A stretch of 28,817 nt of DNA from a virus (taxonomy: Duplodnaviria; Caudoviricetes), in IMG/VR virus record IMGVR_UViG_3300030099_002279, positions 1 to 28,817 of that record; one strand, written 5' to 3'. Both the position numbers and the translations under genes were made by a program. How positions within the stretch are numbered: position 1 is the first letter of the stretch; every line of letters begins with the position of its first letter. The notes beneath the pieces are model-generated. The model was given only the letters and a program-made list of their open reading frames with translations, made no database searches and had not been told where the DNA came from. Of the stretch, positions 24,636-28,817 are shown piece after piece.

Positions 24636-24651
24636 CTAATAACCAGAGCCG

Positions 24652-24681
24652 AAAGACCCTCCGCAATGGAGGGTTTTTTTT
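24652..24681 (+). terminator. Rho-independent terminator (possibly bidirectional)
   Basis: ACCCTCC-GCAAT-GGAGGGT followed by a T run, between convergent genes. Confidence 0.85.
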
Positions 24682-25453
24682 AATATAGATCTCCAAGTTC
24701 CACAACCTGTGGGCCCTCTAAGTTAAACGGTTTAAAGTCGCCAGACTTCTCGCACTCTAATATCATGGCAAGGGCCTGTTCGTTCTTGGCTCTTGCATAT
24801 CCGATTGCCTCGGTGGACATGGAGTAAACCGCATAAGGGTATGGATCTGTTTTGGCCTGGGCCAGAAACTTAAATGTACCTGCTGGTAAATCTAAAGCCT
24901 TACAAGCATCTAAATATAAAGCGGCCTGCATGTGGTACTTAAAATTATTGATCGCTTGTTTAAAACCTCTGGGTGATGCGTCACGGCATGTTTTGAGATC
25001 CCAAACATCTTGGCCGTCATACCAATCCATTCGACATTTAAACTGTTGGCCGTGCCACATAAAAGCAAGTGAACGTTCCACTTTGTGTTCTGGTTTGGGT
25101 ATGTAATCTTTGATGATACCTCGGCGCTCCATGCAAAGGTCGTAAAGATCTTGAGTTATAACCGTGCGGTTGCCAACGGTTCCTAAAAAATCTTCATAGG
25201 TTTCTTTACCCACTTTTGTTCTGCGATCGATGTTTGGTTGAATCACAAACTCATCATCAAATTTATGATGCTCCAGGAATACGGTGTGTTGGACCCGACC
25301 TTCCAGCAAAGCTGGAGTCTGTTGCATTGGTTTTGCATGTTTCCAGCTGTACGGACATTTAATGGCCGAGGTTAGATCGTGAGATCTATAAGCTGGGATG
25401 CTTGCATATTCTTCGTAAGTTAAATCGTCATATATTCCTATTTCAAACTCCAC
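24680..25453 (-). CDS. PD-(D/E)XK exonuclease, RecE/ExoVIII-like (DUF3799)
   Basis: TPALLEGRVQHT, DRRTKVGKE, FKCRMDW...DLKT, YHMQAALY motifs. Confidence 0.85.
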   Translation of the reverse strand: MEFEIGIYDDLTYEEYASIPAYRSHDLTSAIKCPYSWKHAKPMQQTPALLEGRVQHTVFLEHHKFDDEFVIQPNIDRRTKVGKETYEDFLGTVGNRTVITQDLYDLCMERRGIIKDYIPKPEHKVERSLAFMWHGQQFKCRMDWYDGQDVWDLKTCRDASPRGFKQAINNFKYHMQAALYLDACKALDLPAGTFKFLAQAKTDPYPYAVYSMSTEAIGYARAKNEQALAMILECEKSGDFKPFNLEGPQVVELGDLY

Positions 25454-26159
25454 TTTGAGCCTCCTGTATTTCTTCGGGTGTTAGGTTAAAACAATTAAGA
25501 TTGCCAGCCACGGTACGTCTTTCTCCTGGGCCAAAAAAAGGATAGACACAATGTTGCATCCAGGACGGAAACATAAGTAGCTTGCCAACCTCGGGTTTGA
25601 TGTATCTGGATTGCGATGGCCGCAAACGTTCTGGATCTGAGGTTTGGTTTAAACCATAAGTAAAATTAATAAAACCATCAATGGCACCAGAGCTATTATA
25701 TAAATCATAATGTAATTTTTCTTCTTCTCCAGGTTTGGTTATTTGATCTGGCACTTTGGTCCAACAAGTAAAAGATATACCCATGGGTGATTTGGTTAAG
25801 TGATCGTGAATCGGATTGTAGTCACCCTCGTAGCTATGCACCGACCAAAGCTGATCCATTTCTATTTTTTTGGGATGTATTTGGGATTTGGTAAACTCAA
25901 CAAAATGTCTAATGTAACTAACGCCTAAATTTTCTACCACTTGTCTAAACTCAAGAACTTCTGGTTTAGTAAAGTCAATTATTAATTGTTCGCCTTGATG
26001 TATCTGGCCAATCAATTTATCGCCAGCAGATTTTTTGTTTTTATCTTCTCTTAATTTGTCCAAGTGATTGTTCAGATCATCAACCATTTTGTCTGACATA
26101 TCGTGTTCGACCATAAGGGCCGCTGGCAAAGAAAAAACGTTGTAATGAATGTCGGTCAA
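25443..26159 (-). CDS. Putative 2OG-Fe(II) oxygenase (TIGR02466-like)
   Basis: GDYNPIHDH...ISFTCWTKVP...GFINF...PEVGKLLMFPSWMQHCVYPF...ERRTVAGN. Confidence 0.8.
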   Translation of the reverse strand: MTDIHYNVFSLPAALMVEHDMSDKMVDDLNNHLDKLREDKNKKSAGDKLIGQIHQGEQLIIDFTKPEVLEFRQVVENLGVSYIRHFVEFTKSQIHPKKIEMDQLWSVHSYEGDYNPIHDHLTKSPMGISFTCWTKVPDQITKPGEEEKLHYDLYNSSGAIDGFINFTYGLNQTSDPERLRPSQSRYIKPEVGKLLMFPSWMQHCVYPFFGPGERRTVAGNLNCFNLTPEEIQEAQSGV

Positions 26160-26500
26160 AATTCTATGGGTTTATTTTCTGCGTCGGCCTCAACCTGTTC
26201 GATGGTCCATAGATCTTCTTCTGTGGTTCTATCATGTTCGCTTAGTGCAATAATTGCATAATGCAAAACTTTCATAAGATCTTTGCGGTGATCTGCTTGA
26301 TGACCTTTGCGACCATATCGTTGTGCATACTTAAGTATGTTGCCAATAGAAAAACCTATGCCGTGACCGCAGTCTGATATAAATTCTGTGGATTGAAATT
26401 TGTTTTTGGAATAATGTCCACTGTAAGTGGAGTCAATATAATCCTTAAGCTCCTGGATTAAATTCCCTTCATTAAACCTGTAATTAACTTTATTTTCCAT
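26156..26500 (-). CDS. DUF3310-like protein (family that includes phage nucleotide-kinase-like proteins)
   Basis: AAGGAG RBS; STYSGHY...GFSIGNILKYAQRYGRK...KDLMKVLHY. Confidence 0.7.
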   Translation of the reverse strand: MENKVNYRFNEGNLIQELKDYIDSTYSGHYSKNKFQSTEFISDCGHGIGFSIGNILKYAQRYGRKGHQADHRKDLMKVLHYAIIALSEHDRTTEEDLWTIEQVEADAENKPIEF

Positions 26501-26518
26501 AACTTCTCCTTAAAAGGT

Positions 26519-26557
26519 GTGGGTGGCTTGTGTGAATTGGAAGGTTAAGCCACCCAC
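26519..26557. repeat. Perfect 11-bp inverted repeat (stem-loop)
   Basis: GTGGGTGGCTT (26519-26529) / AAGCCACCCAC (26547-26557) with a 17-nt loop. Confidence 0.8.
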
Positions 26558-26572
26558 TTAGCACTTTAGATG

Positions 26573-27295
26573 CTAAAACGGTATGTTAGGTTCGTCGTCT
26601 TTATCCTCGTCTGGTTTGGCCAGATCAGCCAGTCCAGGTTCAGCAGGTTTGGTTTCTACTTTCTCACCATCTTCTACAGCGGCTTGATATTCAAAACTTT
26701 TTTCAATTTCCATCTGAAGATAGGTTGGCAGTTGATCGTAGATGTCTACCATGGCCTTGGACTTCTCACCCATGTTGCCATTGAATTCGTCACAATAATC
26801 TTCAATGTCGAAAGTTGTTTGTGGATTCACGGTCGCTACTTTTTGCACGCCGCCATCTGGACGTGATAGTTTGAGGATCTTGGCGTTGCCGCCAGGACCA
26901 TAATCGCTTGGTGCGGTATGGCCAACTTCTATTCTGGCTGTCATTCCCACCAGGACACCAACATCAAAACCTTCGAGTTCTTCTTCGGTAAAAGTTTTAT
27001 CTCTCCAGTTTTCTAAATCTTTTCTCAGCGTTGCGGCCTCGAATAAAGATGCAGTGTAAGTCTTACCAACACCAAAAGGTCTTTCGTCTTGCATGACGAT
27101 TTCGTTGTCGGCTGGATCTACAGCTTTGGTGATTTCAAAGTCCAGGCGTATTCTTTTTTTCTTACTAACCTGGCCCTTGTATTCTTGTTCACTGGTTCCA
27201 AGATCTACGATTCTGAAACAAGTCCCTTCATATTTACCTGGTTGCAGTTTTGGAAAATCCTCTCCGCCCCCAGACGCATTTACAGTTAAGCTCAT
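26573..27295 (-). CDS. Single-stranded DNA-binding-like replication protein (NGO0469-like)
   Basis: PGKYEGTCFRIVDLGT...YTASL...LRKDLENW OB-like core; acidic tail ending DDEPNIPF; AGGAG RBS. Confidence 0.7.
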   Translation of the reverse strand: MSLTVNASGGGEDFPKLQPGKYEGTCFRIVDLGTSEQEYKGQVSKKKRIRLDFEITKAVDPADNEIVMQDERPFGVGKTYTASLFEAATLRKDLENWRDKTFTEEELEGFDVGVLVGMTARIEVGHTAPSDYGPGGNAKILKLSRPDGGVQKVATVNPQTTFDIEDYCDEFNGNMGEKSKAMVDIYDQLPTYLQMEIEKSFEYQAAVEDGEKVETKPAEPGLADLAKPDEDKDDEPNIPF

Positions 27296-27315
27296 AATTT
27301 TCTCCTATAATGTGT

Positions 27316-27370
27316 TTGCTTATTTAGATAAATTAATATAGGATTGTATACACTTTTATATATAAAGCAA
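27316..27370. promoter_or_regulatory. Overlapping opposed promoters for the SSB operon and primase, with the 18-bp box at 27345-27362
   Basis: Plus strand: TTGCTT (27316-27321), 17 nt, TAGGAT (27339-27344). Minus strand: TTGCTT (27370-27365), 16 nt, TACAAT (27348-27343). Confidence 0.55.
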
Positions 27371-27388
27371 GACCAATAGGAAAAATTT

Positions 27389-28817
27389 GTGGCACTAAAG
27401 ATAACCCGACCCAGCAAACCAAAGAATTTTAACACACCTTTTACAACAGATTATCAATACCAGTTTAGTCAATTTCTGGCTGAACATGGATTGGAACCAG
27501 ACCCAAAAAAGGGTTTGATCGCCGACGGGTCTATTGGTCGGGCATATATAAATGTCGGCGGTCAAAGAAAGTTGGTGGGTTGGTATCAGTTGTGGACCGA
27601 TCAGTCGGTGCCGTTTGGCCGATTGGGTGACTATCGTGTCTCAGCTGACCAACCCACGGCTATCTGGAAACCCGAGAACTCACAACGTAGACGGATAACC
27701 AAGAAACAAAAAGAAGAGATAGCCGAGCTCCAGAAACAAGCAGAGGTCAAACAGGCCGAGAAGTATTCACGCTCTGCCAAACGCGCTCAGAGCCTCTGGG
27801 AGAAAGCCACACCCTGTGAGAAACACCCTTACCTAGAGAACAAGAAAGTCCTCTCCTACGGCCTTAGAATGGACGAGCACAATAACCTAATGATTCCGCT
27901 GTACGACAAGCAAATGACGATCGTGGGGATCCAGTACATCGATGAACATGGAGGCAAACGTTTTCTTACTGGTTCTAAAAAAAGCGGTAGCTTTTTTATT
28001 CTTGGATCGGAGATCCTTAAAAGCTCAGACATCCTTAACTACGCCGAGGGATATGCCACAGCGGCATCCATATACGCTGACTACTCACAGCCAGTTATCG
28101 TGGCATTTGATGCTTACAACCTAACACCTGTCGCAGAAGTTATGTTTGAGTTCTTCGCTGACCGCAAGCATGTGTTCGTCGCCGATAATGACGACAGTCA
28201 AACAGGTGAGAAGGAGGCGACCAAAGCCTGTCAATACATTCGCAAGAATAAGGGCCAGGCAGAAGTGCTTATGCCAGAGACTAAAGGAGATTACAACGAC
28301 CACAAGAATGAGCTCGAAGAGATCGAGTCCGTTGAAGGTGAAGTCATCCCCGCGCTCAAAAAATTAGACCTACCGACTGAGTATGACTTTCAGCGCAATG
28401 CAAGCGGTAGATTTCTCAACACCAAGGATAATATTAATGGGGTGTTGAAAACACATGAGGTGGATGTGCGCTACAACGTGATTAAGAAACGCATGGAAAT
28501 AGAGATACCCAACATGAAGTTTATCGCTGACATGAAAGAAGAGGCCAGCCTCATTGAGATCGAAGATCGGTGCATTAACATGGGGATCCCGCACACCAAG
28601 GTTAGGGACTATTTAAAAGTCTTGGCCAAAGAATACAATCCTGTCAAAGAGTGGATCGACAGCGAACCCTGGGACGGCAATGATAGATTGCAGGCCTTCC
28701 TTAATTCTTTGGTTACGCATGAGTCAAACCAGTTAAAAGAAATGCTAATGAAGAAGTGGCTGATAAGTTGTGTGGCCGCCGCATATGAGGTCAATGGCGT
28801 TGAACTCGAAGGCATCC
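27389..28817 (+). CDS. Primase-helicase: P4-alpha/TraC-like TOPRIM primase fused to a VapE-like domain (3'-truncated; not in the ORF track)
   Basis: Translated manually from GTG 27389 after an AGGA RBS and open to the window end: HPYLENK...LMIPL...GIQYID..GGKRFL.G...AEGYATAASI...VAFDAYNL...VADND...GDYND, then YNPVKEWI...WDGNDRL...KKWLISCVA. Confidence 0.88.
   Translation, partial: MALKITRPSKPKNFNTPFTTDYQYQFSQFLAEHGLEPDPKKGLIADGSIGRAYINVGGQRKLVGWYQLWTDQSVPFGRLGDYRVSADQPTAIWKPENSQRRRITKKQKEEIAELQKQAEVKQAEKYSRSAKRAQSLWEKATPCEKHPYLENKKVLSYGLRMDEHNNLMIPLYDKQMTIVGIQYIDEHGGKRFLTGSKKSGSFFILGSEILKSSDILNYAEGYATAASIYADYSQPVIVAFDAYNLTPVAEVMFEFFADRKHVFVADNDDSQTGEKEATKACQYIRKNKGQAEVLMPETKGDYNDHKNELEEIESVEGEVIPALKKLDLPTEYDFQRNASGRFLNTKDNINGVLKTHEVDVRYNVIKKRMEIEIPNMKFIADMKEEASLIEIEDRCINMGIPHTKVRDYLKVLAKEYNPVKEWIDSEPWDGNDRLQAFLNSLVTHESNQLKEMLMKKWLISCVAAAYEVNGVELEGI

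Noticed and set aside
24852-27341. Plus-strand ORFs 24852-25106, 26570-26866, 27089-27289 and 27093-27341
   Set aside because: They are antisense to motif-supported minus-strand genes.
27942-28815. Short ORFs listed in the last 900 bp
   Set aside because: All overlap the long primase-helicase frame starting at 27389, which carries clear TOPRIM motifs.
1-28817. tRNA, rRNA, integrase/att sites, reverse transcriptase/DGR, introns or inteins, alternative genetic code
   Set aside because: No cloverleaf, no such protein motifs and no long template/variable repeat pair were seen. Genes tile tightly under the standard code, with TAA, TAG and TGA all used as stops.

Overview
This window is part of an AT-rich (roughly 38% GC by eye) tailed dsDNA phage genome, most likely an uncultured aquatic podovirus-like phage; the host cannot be determined from sequence alone. 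Positions 1-22899 (+) form the virion module: portal C-terminus, H1-like basic protein, GroES, scaffold, major capsid, a cluster of small very basic proteins, adaptor and stabilisation (nozzle) proteins, and four large internal/ejection proteins. A self-contained accessory operon (4672-6540) is wedged in just after the capsid terminator. It has six small genes joined by near-identical linkers (RAGGAGGTRGCR-stop/start, so the proteins end in [KE]EVA). Positions 22981-28817 hold regulation and replication genes: an RHH-type regulator, two 2OG-Fe(II) oxygenases, an HNH-like moron, a RecE-like exonuclease, DUF3310, an SSB-like protein, and a TOPRIM-VapE primase/helicase that the ORF track missed. 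The most notable signals are: (1) the linker-standardised gene-cassette array; (2) one 18-bp tandem box in four early/accessory promoter regions, including the RHH gene's own; (3) apparent complete absence of CCGG, GCWGC and GAAGC/GCTTC in a manual scan; (4) a recurrent hydrophobic-x-x-G-G motif across virion proteins, plus twin D-x3-A-x-[VL]-x2-GE-[VF]-V modules flanking a cecropin-like helix in an ejection protein; (5) candidate virion-modifying enzymes (Maf/sialyltransferase-like and lysyl-hydroxylase-like). No tRNA, rRNA, CRISPR array or integrase was seen. All family names come from motif recognition, not database searches.
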